64,000 nucleotides of DNA from Nannocystales bacterium (GTDB lineage Bacteria > Myxococcota_A > Polyangia > Nannocystales > Nannocystaceae), in assembly GCA_050633305.1 (NCBI GenBank), contig JBOEGF010000018.1, positions 896,001 through 960,000 on the forward strand, written 5' to 3'. The position numbers and the translations under genes were made by a program. Every line of letters starts with the position of its first letter. Positions within the stretch are counted from its first letter, which is position 1. The notes under the pieces are model-generated. The model was not told the origin of the DNA. It searched no databases and was given only the letters and a program-made list of their open reading frames with translations. Shown here piece after piece: positions 1 to 10,237 of this stretch.

Positions 1-1
1 C

Positions 2-832
2 ATGCTCGGACTGTCGATCGTCTTCCCGCCGATTTACGCGGTCTACAAGGGCTCGCCGCTCTACGATGGACTGAGACATTTCCTGTTCATCGTCCCGCCG
101 ATCATCGTCGTCGTCGCTGTCGCTGCGGACTCGGTCCTCGACGCGTGCCGGCGTCGTTGGGGAGCCCATGGGACGATGGTCGGATTCGCGATCGTCGGCG
201 GCCTCGTGGTGGAACAGGGAGCCACGGTCGCTCGCTATCACCCCCACCAGTACGTCTACTTCAACCGGTTTATCGGGGGTCTGCAGGGGGCGGTCGGCCA
301 GTATTCGACCGACTACTACGCTGGAACGTACAAGGACGCCGCACAACAGCTCGCGGCCGAGCTTTGGAAGCGCGAGCCGGAGGTCTACCTGGACAGTGTC
401 TACCGAGTGGGGGGCTGCATTGGGATGTTTCGCGCCATGCGGAATCTGCCGGGCAACTTCGTCTACAAGACCGAGGCCCACCCGGACTATGACTTCGACA
501 TCAGCTACACCCGGGGAGACTGCCACCTCAAGATGTCCTCCCATCCCGAATACACGCGGGTGTCCCGTGACGGCGGGCTTCTCACCCTGACCCGGGACCT
601 TCGACGACAGATTCTCGAGCCCGAGCGCCTTCGCGAGTTCCAAAAGCTCGAGCTTGCGGAGCGGCGGCGGGAGAAGGCCCGGAAGGGCAAGAAGGGCAAG
701 AAGGGCAAGAAGGGCAAGGGCAAGGGGCGCGGAAAGAAGAAGAAACCGGGTGGGTCCGAGAAACCCTCGATCGACATCCCGGGGCGACCCAAGCCGAGGT
801 CGGCGGAGCCAAGGAGTGAAACCGGTGAGTGA
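2..832 (+). CDS. C-terminal part of a GT-C/ArnT-like (GT39-type) membrane glycosyltransferase; 5' end lies outside the window
   Basis: Hydrophobic helices plus YDGLRHFLF and YHPHQYVYFN..IGG...TDYY segments typical of this family; ends in a Lys-rich tail. Confidence 0.6.
   Translation: MLGLSIVFPPIYAVYKGSPLYDGLRHFLFIVPPIIVVVAVAADSVLDACRRRWGAHGTMVGFAIVGGLVVEQGATVARYHPHQYVYFNRFIGGLQGAVGQYSTDYYAGTYKDAAQQLAAELWKREPEVYLDSVYRVGGCIGMFRAMRNLPGNFVYKTEAHPDYDFDISYTRGDCHLKMSSHPEYTRVSRDGGLLTLTRDLRRQILEPERLREFQKLELAERRREKARKGKKGKKGKKGKGKGRGKKKKPGGSEKPSIDIPGRPKPRSAEPRSETGE
683..727 (+). repeat. 9-bp tandem repeat AAGGGCAAG (4 copies, then degenerate), encoding KGK repeats
   Basis: Visible in the sequence; in frame with the Lys-rich tail of ORF 2..832. 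Confidence 0.85.
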
Positions 833-1775
833 CCAACCCGAACCCGCGGATGCCGATCGTGCTCTAGATGCGCGTCGAGAGGGCCTCGCTGCTCTCGCAA
901 TCGTGTCTGACCCCAACTGCTTGCCTCGTCAGGCGGCCGCTCACATCGCGCAGGGCTGGGCTCTGTTCCGTGGAGACTCGGACGACGGGCTGCTCTCTGC
1001 CTGGCTGCGCGACCGCTTCGCGGGTTCTCCCAAGCCGAAGAAGGCTCGGGACCTCGAGGCGCGCACCCGGTCGGTCGAGTTTGTCGAAGCGTGGGAGGCC
1101 GGCCGTATCCCCGCGGACTTGGGCGAAGATGCTGCGCGCGCGCTGATCAAGGTGCTGCTCGATGCTGCCCCTGAAAGCAGCGTTGGCGCTGCCCCGACGA
1201 AGACGCGCTTCGGCCCCCTGAGTCGCCGGGCGGTCCTGACGCTGGGTGGCGTCGTCGCCCTCGGGCTGATCGCGTTACGTCCGTGGACCTACGAAGGTGT
1301 GGGGCAGTGGCATGGCGCGTACTTCCCAGGGAAGGACTTCCGCGGCGAACCAGATACGCGCCGGGAAGCGGACGTCGACTTTGCGTGGGGGATTCTCCCT
1401 CCGACCGACTCGATTCCCGCGGATCGGTTCGCGGCGCGCTGGACCACGTGCCTCAACATCGAGGAGGACGTGGACGCTTCGTTCATGCTGATCGCTGACG
1501 ACGGTGCAAGGCTGCTGGTCGACAGAGGGGAGCCCGTCATCGATCTTTGGGAACCTCCCGAGGACGTCGAGATGCCCTTCTCGCACGGCCGCGAATACTC
1601 TCTGGACGCGGGTGTGCACCTCATCGAGGTCGAGTATCGCGAAGAGGGGGACGAAGCAGAGGTCCACCTTCTCGCAACGTTCGACCAAGACATCCCCCCC
1701 GGCCCGTTGCCCTCGAGCATGCTCGACTTTCCGGGGGAAGACTTTGACGAAGACAACCCCTGTGGAAACCTCTGA
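825..1775 (+). CDS. Membrane-anchored PA14 (carbohydrate-binding) domain protein
   Basis: GTG at 825 with AAGGAG upstream, overlapping the previous stop; one TM helix, then PA14 motifs (VDFAWG, DRFAARW, ADDGARLLVD, GVHLIEVEYRE). Confidence 0.75.
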   Translation: MSDQPEPADADRALDARREGLAALAIVSDPNCLPRQAAAHIAQGWALFRGDSDDGLLSAWLRDRFAGSPKPKKARDLEARTRSVEFVEAWEAGRIPADLGEDAARALIKVLLDAAPESSVGAAPTKTRFGPLSRRAVLTLGGVVALGLIALRPWTYEGVGQWHGAYFPGKDFRGEPDTRREADVDFAWGILPPTDSIPADRFAARWTTCLNIEEDVDASFMLIADDGARLLVDRGEPVIDLWEPPEDVEMPFSHGREYSLDAGVHLIEVEYREEGDEAEVHLLATFDQDIPPGPLPSSMLDFPGEDFDEDNPCGNL

Positions 1776-1793
1776 GGCGCTCGGAGTCCTGTC

Positions 1794-2660
1794 ATGACGC
1801 GCAAGCCTGACTTCATGATTATCGGCGCGATGAAGTGCGCCACGTCCTCACTGCATGACCAGCTCGCCGCCCAGGCCGGGATGGTGATGTCGATGCCGAA
1901 GGAGCCGAACTTCTTCAGCGATGAGGAGAACTGGGGCCGAGGACTCGGCTGGTACTGGTCGCTGTTCGCTCGCGCGCAGGAGGGAGATCTGTGCGGGGAG
2001 TCGAGTACGCACTACACGAAGCTTCCGCGACACCCGAAGGTGGTCGAGCGCCTGGCCGAGCATGTGCCCGACGCGAAGTTCGTCTACGTCATGCGGAATC
2101 CGCTGGACCGGTTGGTCTCGCACTACATGCACGAGTGGACACAGCGGGTCCTGCGGATGCCGCTGGGGAAGTCGCTGGACGAACACCCCGCGCTGATCCA
2201 GTTCGGCCAGTACGCGATGCAGCTCGAGCCGTACTTCGAAGCCTTCGGCAAGGACCGGGTGCTTCCCGTGTTTTTCGATCGCCTGCGGACGCACCCGCAA
2301 GAGGAGTTCGAGCGGGTCTGCTCGTTCATCGGGTACGAAGGCGAACCTCGCTGGAAAGACGACATGGGCGCGAAGAACGTCTCGGGCGACAGGATGCGGA
2401 AGAGCAAGCTCCGGGACCTGTTGGTCTATGCGCCGGGGCTCTCTCAGCTTCGCCAGCGTCTGCCGCAGGGCGTTCGGGACCGTGTGAAGAAGCTTTGGAC
2501 GATGAACAAGCGACCGGAGCTCACACAGGGCCAGCAACGTCGGCTGGAGGCGGTTTTCAATCCGGACCTCGCGAAGCTGGGCGCGTGGCTGGGGATTCCC
2601 GAACTCACGTGCGCGAACTTCAAAGACGTCACGCGAGACCGGGCCCTCGACTGGGTGTGA
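1794..2660 (+). CDS. PAPS-dependent sulfotransferase
   Basis: PDFMIIGAMKCATSSL (5'-PSB loop), KEPNFF, GESSTHY, MRNPLDRLVSHY (3'-PB). Confidence 0.9.
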   Translation: MTRKPDFMIIGAMKCATSSLHDQLAAQAGMVMSMPKEPNFFSDEENWGRGLGWYWSLFARAQEGDLCGESSTHYTKLPRHPKVVERLAEHVPDAKFVYVMRNPLDRLVSHYMHEWTQRVLRMPLGKSLDEHPALIQFGQYAMQLEPYFEAFGKDRVLPVFFDRLRTHPQEEFERVCSFIGYEGEPRWKDDMGAKNVSGDRMRKSKLRDLLVYAPGLSQLRQRLPQGVRDRVKKLWTMNKRPELTQGQQRRLEAVFNPDLAKLGAWLGIPELTCANFKDVTRDRALDWV

Positions 2661-2700
2661 GCCGTTGCGCTCGGCGGCGGCCGGGTCGTACCCTGCGACG

Positions 2701-3312
2701 GTGACGGACCAGGAAAATCCGCCCCTGTGGGAACGCGGCATGCTCAGCGTGGCGCAACGCGAACAGGTCACGGGTCACCGGGGCATGGTTGTGTGGTTCA
2801 CGGGGCTCAGCGGCTCGGGGAAGACAACAGTCGCTCGGGCGCTCGACCACCTTCTTCACAGCCACGGGAAGCGCAGCTTCTTGATGGACGGCGACGTGTT
2901 GCGTGAGGGCATCACCTCTGACCTCGGCTTCTCTCCGGAGGACCGCACGGAGAACCTGCGGCGCTTCACGGAGGTGGCCCGACTGTTTGCGAACGCGGGC
3001 ACGATCACCCTGGTCTCCGCGATCTCTCCGTACGAGGAGAGCCGCCAGAAGGCGAAGGAGCGCATCGGCTCGGAGCGCTTCCTCATGGTCCACGTCGCGA
3101 CCCCGCTTGCGGTCTGCGAGGCTCGAGACGTGAAGGGCCTGTACGCCAAGGCACGGGCCGGGGAACTCAAGCAGTTCACGGGCATTGATGCGCCCTATGA
3201 GGAGCCGGTCGAGCCCGATCTCAAGCTGGTCCCCGAGGATGGGGATCCGGGCGTCATGGCACACGCGGTCTATGACGCGTTGGTGTCCGGCGGCTTCCTG
3301 GGAGGTGAGTGA
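2701..3312 (+). CDS. cysC: Adenylyl-sulfate (APS) kinase
   Basis: WFTGLSGSGKTT P-loop, MDGDVLREG, DLGFSPEDRTEN, CEARDVKGLY, FTGIDAPYEEP; start uncertain (GTG 2701 or ATG 2740). Confidence 0.92.
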   Translation: MTDQENPPLWERGMLSVAQREQVTGHRGMVVWFTGLSGSGKTTVARALDHLLHSHGKRSFLMDGDVLREGITSDLGFSPEDRTENLRRFTEVARLFANAGTITLVSAISPYEESRQKAKERIGSERFLMVHVATPLAVCEARDVKGLYAKARAGELKQFTGIDAPYEEPVEPDLKLVPEDGDPGVMAHAVYDALVSGGFLGGE

Positions 3313-4280
3313 TGGGGAACTACGACCAAGAACTAGCGGTTGCGATCGCAGCGGTTCGCGAAGCATCGAAGGTGTGTCGCTCGGTTCAGGCCACCATCGC
3401 TCCGGATGCGCTCGAGAAAAAGGACAAGAGCCCGGTGACGGTCGCAGATTTCGCGTCTCAGGCGCTGGTCTGCCGGGCTCTGCAGGGCGCGTTCCCCGAT
3501 GACCCGGTCATCGGTGAGGAAGACGCGGCGGCACTCCGAGGAGACGACGGGGCGGACTTCCGCGGACGCGTCTTCTCCGAGCTCAAGCCCTTCGGTGTAG
3601 AGAGCGAAGACGCCGCACTTGGGTTCATCGACCGCGGAGGCGCGCAGGACTACTCGTCTCGCTTTTGGACGTTGGACCCGATCGACGGGACCAAGGGCTT
3701 CCTGCGCGGGGACCAGTACGCGGTGGCGCTGGCGCTCGTCGTCAACGGCGTTCTCACTGTCGCCGCGATGGCGTGTCCCAACCTGGACAGCGGCGGCCAG
3801 CCCGGGACCGTGTTCTGGGCGGTGCGTGGCGAGGGAGCCTTCCACGGTGCGCTCGATGGGGACGGATCCGACGTCGCGCGCGTGAGTGCGGAGTCCACGA
3901 TCGCGCAGACCCGTCTTTGCGAGTCGTTTGAGTCGGGGCATAGCTCCCACGACCACTCCGCGCAGCTCATGGCCAAGCTCGGGATCTCGGCGGACCCGGT
4001 CCGCCTCGACAGCCAAGCGAAATACGGGGTGGTCGCCCGGGGCGAGGCGGAGGCGTACCTTCGGCTTCCGACCCGGCCCGGCTACCGAGAGAAGATCTGG
4101 GACCACGGAGCGGGCTGCCTCATCGTTCAAGAGGCGGGCGGCACGGTGACCGACGTGACGGGAAAGCCGCTGGACTTCACCAAGGGGCGCGAGCTGACCG
4201 AGAACCGGGGAGTCATCGTCACGCACGGTCCCTTCCATGCCCAGATCCTCGAGACGCTGGCCGAACTCGGCGTGAAGTAG
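3312..4280 (+). CDS. 3'(2'),5'-bisphosphate nucleotidase, HAL2/Met22-like PAP phosphatase
   Basis: DKSPVTVADFASQA, IGEED, WTLDPIDGTKGFLRG, RLDSQAKY, EKIWDH; TGATG overlap with cysC. Confidence 0.9.
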   Translation: MGNYDQELAVAIAAVREASKVCRSVQATIAPDALEKKDKSPVTVADFASQALVCRALQGAFPDDPVIGEEDAAALRGDDGADFRGRVFSELKPFGVESEDAALGFIDRGGAQDYSSRFWTLDPIDGTKGFLRGDQYAVALALVVNGVLTVAAMACPNLDSGGQPGTVFWAVRGEGAFHGALDGDGSDVARVSAESTIAQTRLCESFESGHSSHDHSAQLMAKLGISADPVRLDSQAKYGVVARGEAEAYLRLPTRPGYREKIWDHGAGCLIVQEAGGTVTDVTGKPLDFTKGRELTENRGVIVTHGPFHAQILETLAELGVK

Positions 4281-4302
4281 ACCTCGCTTCGGGAGACTCG
4301 CG

Positions 4303-6069
4303 ATGACCTTTGCCGTGGCAATCACGTTCGTGGTGCTGGCGGCGGTGATCGCCGGGCTCACGCTCACGCGTGTCTCCCCTGACATGGTGTTGCTCGGGGG
4401 ACTCGCGGCGCTGCTGGTCTCGGGCGTGCTCACACCCGCGGAGGCCTTCGGAGGATTCTCGAACGAGGGCCTCGCGACCATCGCCGCACTGTTCATCGTC
4501 GCCGAGGGGCTGAGGCGAACCGGCGGGGTCAACTTCGTGGGGTTGAAGCTGCTGGGACGTCCATCGTCGTTGACGGCGGCACAGCTGCGCCTGATGACCC
4601 CGGTCGCGGGCCTGAGCGCGTTCCTCAACAACACCCCAGTGGTCGCGATGATGATGCCGCTGGTCTCCGATTGGGCACGGCGGCAGAACCTCTCCGTCAG
4701 CAAGCTGCTGCTTCCGCTGTCCTACGCGTCGATTCTCGGTGGCCTGGTGACGCTGGTTGGCACCTCGACGACGCTGGTGGTCAACGGCCTGATGCTGGCA
4801 ACGCCGGGGCAGGATGGTTTCGGGATGTTCGACATCGCCTGGGTGGGCATCCCGGTCGCGATCGTTGGCTTGGTCTACGTGCCGATCGCCTCGAAGTGGT
4901 TGCTGCCGGATCGCCGGCCCGTGCACACCCAGCTCGCCGATCCACGCGAGTACGTGGTGGAGATGGTTGTTCAGGAATCCAGCCCGATCGTCGGCATGTC
5001 GATCGAGGATGCGGGTCTTCGCTCGTTGCCGGGGATGTACCTGATGGAGATTCAGCGGGACGAAGACGTCGTCGTTGCCGTCGAGCCCAGCACTCGGATG
5101 CAAGCCAACGATCGGCTGATGTTCGTTGGCATTGTGGAGTCGGTCGTCGATCTACAGAAGGTGCCCGGTCTCATGCCGGCGCCCGACCAGCTCTTCAAGG
5201 TCAACAACCCGCGTTCGCATCGGTGTCTGATCGAGGCCGTGGTCGGGCGAGGGCGACTGGCGGGGCTCACGGTCCGTGAGGCGAAGTTTCGGACCCACTA
5301 CAACGCCGTGATCATCGCCGTCTCCCGCGACGGTGAGCGCGTGAAGAAGAAGGTCGGAGACATCCGGTTGCAAAGCGGCGACATGCTCCTCATCGAGGGG
5401 CACACGTCCTTTGTCGACACGCAGCGCAACGCCCGGGAGTTTCTGCTCGTGTCTTCGGTCGAAGACTCCACCCCCGTGACGCATGAGCGTGCTTGGATCG
5501 CGCGGGCGCTGATGCTCCTGATGGTTGTGCTGGCGGCGACCGAGCTCACCAGTATGCTCAAGGCCGCCTGTATCGCGGGCGGAGGCATGGTCGCGTTTCG
5601 GTGTCTGCGGCCCTCTCACGCGAAGCGAGCGATCGACCTCAGTGTCCTGCTCGGCATCGGCGCCGGGCTCGGGATCGGGGTTGCGATGGACCGAAGTGGT
5701 GCGGCCGCGTTCGTCGCGACGGGTCTGGTCGAATCGGCGGGGACGAATCCCTACGTTGCGCTGGCAGCGATCTACGTGGTCACGACGATTCTTGCGAACC
5801 TGATCACGACGCAGGCCGCCGCGGTGCTGGTGTTCCCCGTTGCGCTCGCCACGGCGGAAGGCCTGGGCGTGAACTTCATGCCGTTCGCGTTGTCGCTGAC
5901 CGTCGCAGCGGCGGCCGCGTTCGCGACGCCGGTCGGCTACCAGACGAACTTGATGGTCTACGGACCTGGTGGGTACCGCAGCTCGGACTTCTTAAGGATC
6001 GGCGGCCCGCTGTCCGTACTGGTCTGGGTGACGACGGTACTCGTGGCGCCACTGGCGTTCCCGTTCTAG
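4303..6069 (+). CDS. SLC13/CitMHS-type anion permease with TrkA-C (RCK_C) domains, probable sulfate transporter
   Basis: SAFLNNTPVV, GTSTTLVV, two RCK_C-like cytoplasmic segments, FATPVGYQTNLMVYGPGGY; substrate inferred from context. Confidence 0.85.
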   Translation: MTFAVAITFVVLAAVIAGLTLTRVSPDMVLLGGLAALLVSGVLTPAEAFGGFSNEGLATIAALFIVAEGLRRTGGVNFVGLKLLGRPSSLTAAQLRLMTPVAGLSAFLNNTPVVAMMMPLVSDWARRQNLSVSKLLLPLSYASILGGLVTLVGTSTTLVVNGLMLATPGQDGFGMFDIAWVGIPVAIVGLVYVPIASKWLLPDRRPVHTQLADPREYVVEMVVQESSPIVGMSIEDAGLRSLPGMYLMEIQRDEDVVVAVEPSTRMQANDRLMFVGIVESVVDLQKVPGLMPAPDQLFKVNNPRSHRCLIEAVVGRGRLAGLTVREAKFRTHYNAVIIAVSRDGERVKKKVGDIRLQSGDMLLIEGHTSFVDTQRNAREFLLVSSVEDSTPVTHERAWIARALMLLMVVLAATELTSMLKAACIAGGGMVAFRCLRPSHAKRAIDLSVLLGIGAGLGIGVAMDRSGAAAFVATGLVESAGTNPYVALAAIYVVTTILANLITTQAAAVLVFPVALATAEGLGVNFMPFALSLTVAAAAAFATPVGYQTNLMVYGPGGYRSSDFLRIGGPLSVLVWVTTVLVAPLAFPF

Positions 6070-6075
6070 CGATGG

Positions 6076-6957
6076 CTACGGCAGCTGTGCTTCGAGCCGC
6101 TGCTCGAACGCGACGCAGGCGGGTGTTCCGATGTCGATGAGGGCCTCCATCTCGTCTCGTTGGCTGCCGACCACGCTCTCGAAAACGTCGAGTGGCTGAG
6201 CCCCCACGAGGAGCTGGCCGTTGATGATGCTCGAGGGGGTTCCCGTGGCGCCGACCTCTGTGAAGAGGGCGCTGTCCTCGGCGAGACGCGCTGCAACTTC
6301 GGGGCTCCGCATCGCAGTGTGGAACGCGTCGAGGTCGAGGCCGACCCCGACAGCGATCGCGTCGACGGCCTCCGGGGTGAGGTCTTCGTCGGCGGCAAAC
6401 ATCGCGTCGTGGAAGGGCCAGTAGGAACCCAGCGTGTCAGCTGCCAGCCCCGCGCGAGCGAGCTGGCCCCGAGGATCCTGAAACGGAAGGGGCATCTGTT
6501 TGGAGACGATTCGGAGCTCGTCGCCCTGCGGTCCGTCGGCGAGTGCGGCCAAAGTCGACTGCACGGCCGCGGAGAAGGGGTCGGCGTAGCCGGTCCAGAT
6601 CACCAACGTCACCAGGGCGTCCGGGTTGCCGCGCATGGGCGACGCGGTGAGTTGGAGCCTGTCTTCGGCGTCAAGAAGCGGCGAGCCGCACTCCGCGAGG
6701 GATCCGGTACTCGAGGAGGCATGCGATGTGGTGTCCGCGCTCGTGGGCTCGGTCAAGCCGGACGATGACGACGTCGTGTCCGCGTTCGAGGTCGATGCAT
6801 CGCTCGACGCCCCGGGTGATGTCGTCGACCCATCGGCACCCGTGGTGCTCCCCGGCTCTGTGGTCGACGATGACATCTCAGCTGAATCGGCGACCGCCGC
6901 CTCGCAAGCGATGCCCACCAAGAACGAAGCCGTGAGTAAGAGATGTCGTGCCTTCAC
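6076..6957 (-). CDS. DsbA-like thioredoxin-fold exported protein lacking CxxC
   Basis: Signal-like N-terminus, Ser/Thr linker, RGNPDALVTLV..YADPFS, FHDAMF, GATGTPSSIING..GAQP; start estimated. Confidence 0.7.
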   Translation of the reverse strand: MKARHLLLTASFLVGIACEAAVADSAEMSSSTTEPGSTTGADGSTTSPGASSDASTSNADTTSSSSGLTEPTSADTTSHASSSTGSLAECGSPLLDAEDRLQLTASPMRGNPDALVTLVIWTGYADPFSAAVQSTLAALADGPQGDELRIVSKQMPLPFQDPRGQLARAGLAADTLGSYWPFHDAMFAADEDLTPEAVDAIAVGVGLDLDAFHTAMRSPEVAARLAEDSALFTEVGATGTPSSIINGQLLVGAQPLDVFESVVGSQRDEMEALIDIGTPACVAFEQRLEAQLP

Positions 6958-7198
6958 ACGGGCTGCAACGGGCTCAGCCGACGTGGCATATCTTCGCGCG
7001 CCAGCAGGACACCCCGTGTGGAAACGGTTCGTGTCACCGCGCACAAAGGCGTGCGTGCGGCGATATGTTCCGAGCGTACCGAAGGCTTGCTTGCCGCAAA
7101 CAAAAACGCACGACTCGTGTCCCGTGCGAGGGGCGAGTCGTGCGTCCGTGGACCCGGTGGAGACTGAGACCTCCTCCGTTGTGGTCAGGTGGCCCGGG

Positions 7199-9130
7199 TC
7201 AGGAGGTGAAGCCGCGCTCTTCGAGCAGGGCGACGACCTTGTTCACGCACTCATCGACCGAGAGCTCTGTGGTGTCGAGCGTGAGGTCGGCGCTGGTGGG
7301 GGCTTCGTAGTCGAACGAGACGCCAGGGAAGTTGGCGATCTCGCCTTTGTCCGCAGCCTCGTACAAGCCGGCCTGATCTCGCTCCCGGCAAACGTCGATG
7401 GGGGCGTTGAGGTGGACGACCAGGAAGCGGTCGGCGCCGATCAGCGTCTTGGCTTTTTGACGGGTGTCGTCGGTGGGCGAGACCAGGGCACACAACGCGA
7501 TGAGGCCGTTGTCGTTGAGGGTCTTGGCCAGCTCGGAGCTGCGCCGCAGGTTCTCGGAGCGCTCGTCGGCCGAGAATCCCAAGTCCCGGCTGATGCCTTG
7601 ACGGAGGTTGGAGCCATCGAGCACGGCGACGGTGCGCCCGGCCTCGAAGAGCTTGCGCTCGACTCCATACGCGATCGTGGTCTTGCCGGCCCGTGTCAGT
7701 CCCGTGAGCAGAACGGTCACGGGCTTCTGGCCCAGGCGGGCGTGCCGCTCTTCGACGCTGACCCGGCTCTCGTGGGACGCGAGGTCGTACTCGGGCTCGG
7801 CGTCCCAAGCGTCGCCTGTGCCGCCCGACTGTTGGTCGAGGATCATCCCCGCGGCGACCGTGGCGTTGGTGACCCGGTCGATCATGACGAACGCGCCGGT
7901 ACCCTTGGTGCGCTTGTATCCGTCGAACGGGACCGAGGCCGAGAGTTTGACCTCGCAGCGACCGATCTCGTTGAGCGCGAGCGTCGGCGCATCCTTGCGG
8001 TGCAGCGTGTTGACGTCGATCTGGTGGCGCAAGGTGCTGACCTGACCGGCGACCGACTTCGGCCCGAGCTTGAACAGGTACTCCCGGCCGGGAACCATCG
8101 CTTCTTCGGCCATCCACACCAGGCTGGCGTCGAAGCGTGAGCCAATGCGCGGCACGTTGCCGGGCCGAACGATCATGTCGCCGCGGCTGCAGTCGATTTC
8201 ATCCTCGAGCGTGAGGGTGACGGACAGGGGCGGGAACGCCTCGGCGATGTCGCCGTCCATCGTGTGGATGGTCTTGACCCGAGAGGTCTTCTTGGACGGA
8301 AGCACCATGACTTCGTCGCCCTGGCGAACGACACCCGAGGCAACCGTTCCGGCGAAGCCGCGGTAGTCGAGGTTGGGCCGGATCACGTATTGGACCGGGA
8401 ACCGGAAGTCTTGCAGGTTTCGGTCTGCGCCGATGTAGACGTTCTCGAGGAACCCCATCAGCGTGTGCCCGTCGTACCAGGGCATCTTCTCCGACCGGTC
8501 GACGACGTTGTCGCCTTTGAGGGCCGACAGCGGGATGAAGTCCAGGTCGGGGACGTCGAGCTTGGTGGCGAACTCTTCGTACTCGCGGACGATCTCGTTG
8601 TAGCGCTCCTCGCTGAAGTCGACGAGGTCCATCTTGTTGATGGCGACGAGCACGTGCTTGATGCCCAGCAGCGACACGATGAAGCTGTGGCGCTTGGTCT
8701 GGGTCAGCACGCCGTGACGCGCGTCGACCAGGATGACCGCCAGGTCGCAGTTGGACGCGCCTGTCGCCATGTTGCGCGTGTACTGCTCATGACCGGGGGT
8801 GTCGGCGATGATGAACTTGCGCTTGGCGGTCGAGAAGTAGCGGTAGGCGACGTCGATCGTGATGCCTTGCTCCCGTTCGGCCTTGAGGCCGTCGGTGAGA
8901 AGCGCTGGATCGAAGTCTCCATCGACGTTGCCGACGGTGGCCGAGTCGCGACGAATCGCCGCGAGCTGGTCCTCGTAGATCATCTTGCTGTCGTACAGAA
9001 GACGGCCGATGAGGGTGCTCTTGCCATCGTCCACCGAGCCGCACGTCAAGAAGCGGAGGAGCTCCTTGTTTTCGTGTTGCTGGAGGTAGGCGTTGATGTC
9101 TTTTTCGATGAGGTCCGACTTGTGGGACAT
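7199..9130 (-). CDS. cysNC: Sulfate adenylyltransferase subunit 1 fused to an APS kinase domain (CysNC)
   Basis: [54 protein letters not shown]-terminal CysC-like domain. Confidence 0.95.
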   Translation of the reverse strand: MSHKSDLIEKDINAYLQQHENKELLRFLTCGSVDDGKSTLIGRLLYDSKMIYEDQLAAIRRDSATVGNVDGDFDPALLTDGLKAEREQGITIDVAYRYFSTAKRKFIIADTPGHEQYTRNMATGASNCDLAVILVDARHGVLTQTKRHSFIVSLLGIKHVLVAINKMDLVDFSEERYNEIVREYEEFATKLDVPDLDFIPLSALKGDNVVDRSEKMPWYDGHTLMGFLENVYIGADRNLQDFRFPVQYVIRPNLDYRGFAGTVASGVVRQGDEVMVLPSKKTSRVKTIHTMDGDIAEAFPPLSVTLTLEDEIDCSRGDMIVRPGNVPRIGSRFDASLVWMAEEAMVPGREYLFKLGPKSVAGQVSTLRHQIDVNTLHRKDAPTLALNEIGRCEVKLSASVPFDGYKRTKGTGAFVMIDRVTNATVAAGMILDQQSGGTGDAWDAEPEYDLASHESRVSVEERHARLGQKPVTVLLTGLTRAGKTTIAYGVERKLFEAGRTVAVLDGSNLRQGISRDLGFSADERSENLRRSSELAKTLNDNGLIALCALVSPTDDTRQKAKTLIGADRFLVVHLNAPIDVCRERDQAGLYEAADKGEIANFPGVSFDYEAPTSADLTLDTTELSVDECVNKVVALLEERGFTS

Positions 9131-9189
9131 GATCTGCTCGCGGAGTCAGGGGTCGAGGTGCACAGCTGTGAGAACAGCGAGCGAAGCGG

Positions 9190-10101
9190 CTAGAAGTAGC
9201 CTTCCTTCTTCTTCTCTTCCATCGAGCCGGAGGAGTCGTAGTCGATGACGCGGCCCTGTCGCTCGGACTGGGTGGTCAACAGCATCTCTTGGATGATCTC
9301 CGGGAGGGTTGTCGCCTCGGACTCGACAGCACCGGTCAGCGGGTAGCAGCCCAGGGTCCGGAAGCGGATCATCTTCTGCATGGGCACCTCGCCCTCTTTG
9401 AGCGGCAGTCGGTCGTCGTCGACCATGATCAGCACGCCGTCGCGCTCCACCACCGGACGCATCGCGGAGTAGTACAGCGGAACGATTGGGATCTTCTCAA
9501 GGTGGATGTACTGCCAGACGTCCAGCTCGGTCCAGTTGGAGATCGGGAACACGCGGATGCTCTCGTCCTTTTTGACGCGCGCGTTGTAGATGTTCCAAAG
9601 CTCCGGTCGCTGGTTCTTGGGATCCCAGCGGTGGTTTTCGTCGCGGAAGGAGAAGACGCGCTCCTTGGCACGGGACTTCTCCTCGTCTCGACGGGCGCCC
9701 CCGAAGGCAGCGTCGAACCGGTACTTGTTCAGCGCCTGACGCAGGCCCTGGGTCTTCATGACGTCGGTGTGCACCGCGGACCCGTGGTCGAACGGGTTGA
9801 TGCCCTGCTTCACACCGTCTTCGTTGGTGTGCACGATGAGGTCGAGGCCCAGCTCCTTGGCCGCGTACTCGTCGCGGAACTTGGTCATCGCCTTGAACTT
9901 GAACGTCGTGTCGACGTGCATCAGCGGGAAGGGCGGCTTGGCCGGGTGGAAGGCCTTCAGCGCCAAGTGCAACATGCACGCAGAGTCTTTGCCGATGGAG
10001 TAGAGCATCACCGGCTTGTCGAACTCTGCGGCGACCTCGCGGATGATGTGAATGCTCTCGGCTTCGAGCTGCTTGAGGTGGGTGAGGTTGTACTCCGTCA
10101 T
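9190..10101 (-). CDS. cysD: Sulfate adenylyltransferase subunit 2
   Basis: [62 protein letters not shown] at 10101. Confidence 0.97.
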   Translation of the reverse strand: MTEYNLTHLKQLEAESIHIIREVAAEFDKPVMLYSIGKDSACMLHLALKAFHPAKPPFPLMHVDTTFKFKAMTKFRDEYAAKELGLDLIVHTNEDGVKQGINPFDHGSAVHTDVMKTQGLRQALNKYRFDAAFGGARRDEEKSRAKERVFSFRDENHRWDPKNQRPELWNIYNARVKKDESIRVFPISNWTELDVWQYIHLEKIPIVPLYYSAMRPVVERDGVLIMVDDDRLPLKEGEVPMQKMIRFRTLGCYPLTGAVESEATTLPEIIQEMLLTTQSERQGRVIDYDSSGSMEEKKKEGYF

Positions 10102-10237
10102 TCTCGGTCCCAGGCGCGGGGATGGTATCAGCGATGGCTCCGGGCCGCCCGTGTGTCGTCGGCCCGGTCTTGGGAATTTCCACACGGTGTGGGGGTGAAC
10201 CGCAAAGTGGGATGCGATACACCCTTGAGAGTCCGCG

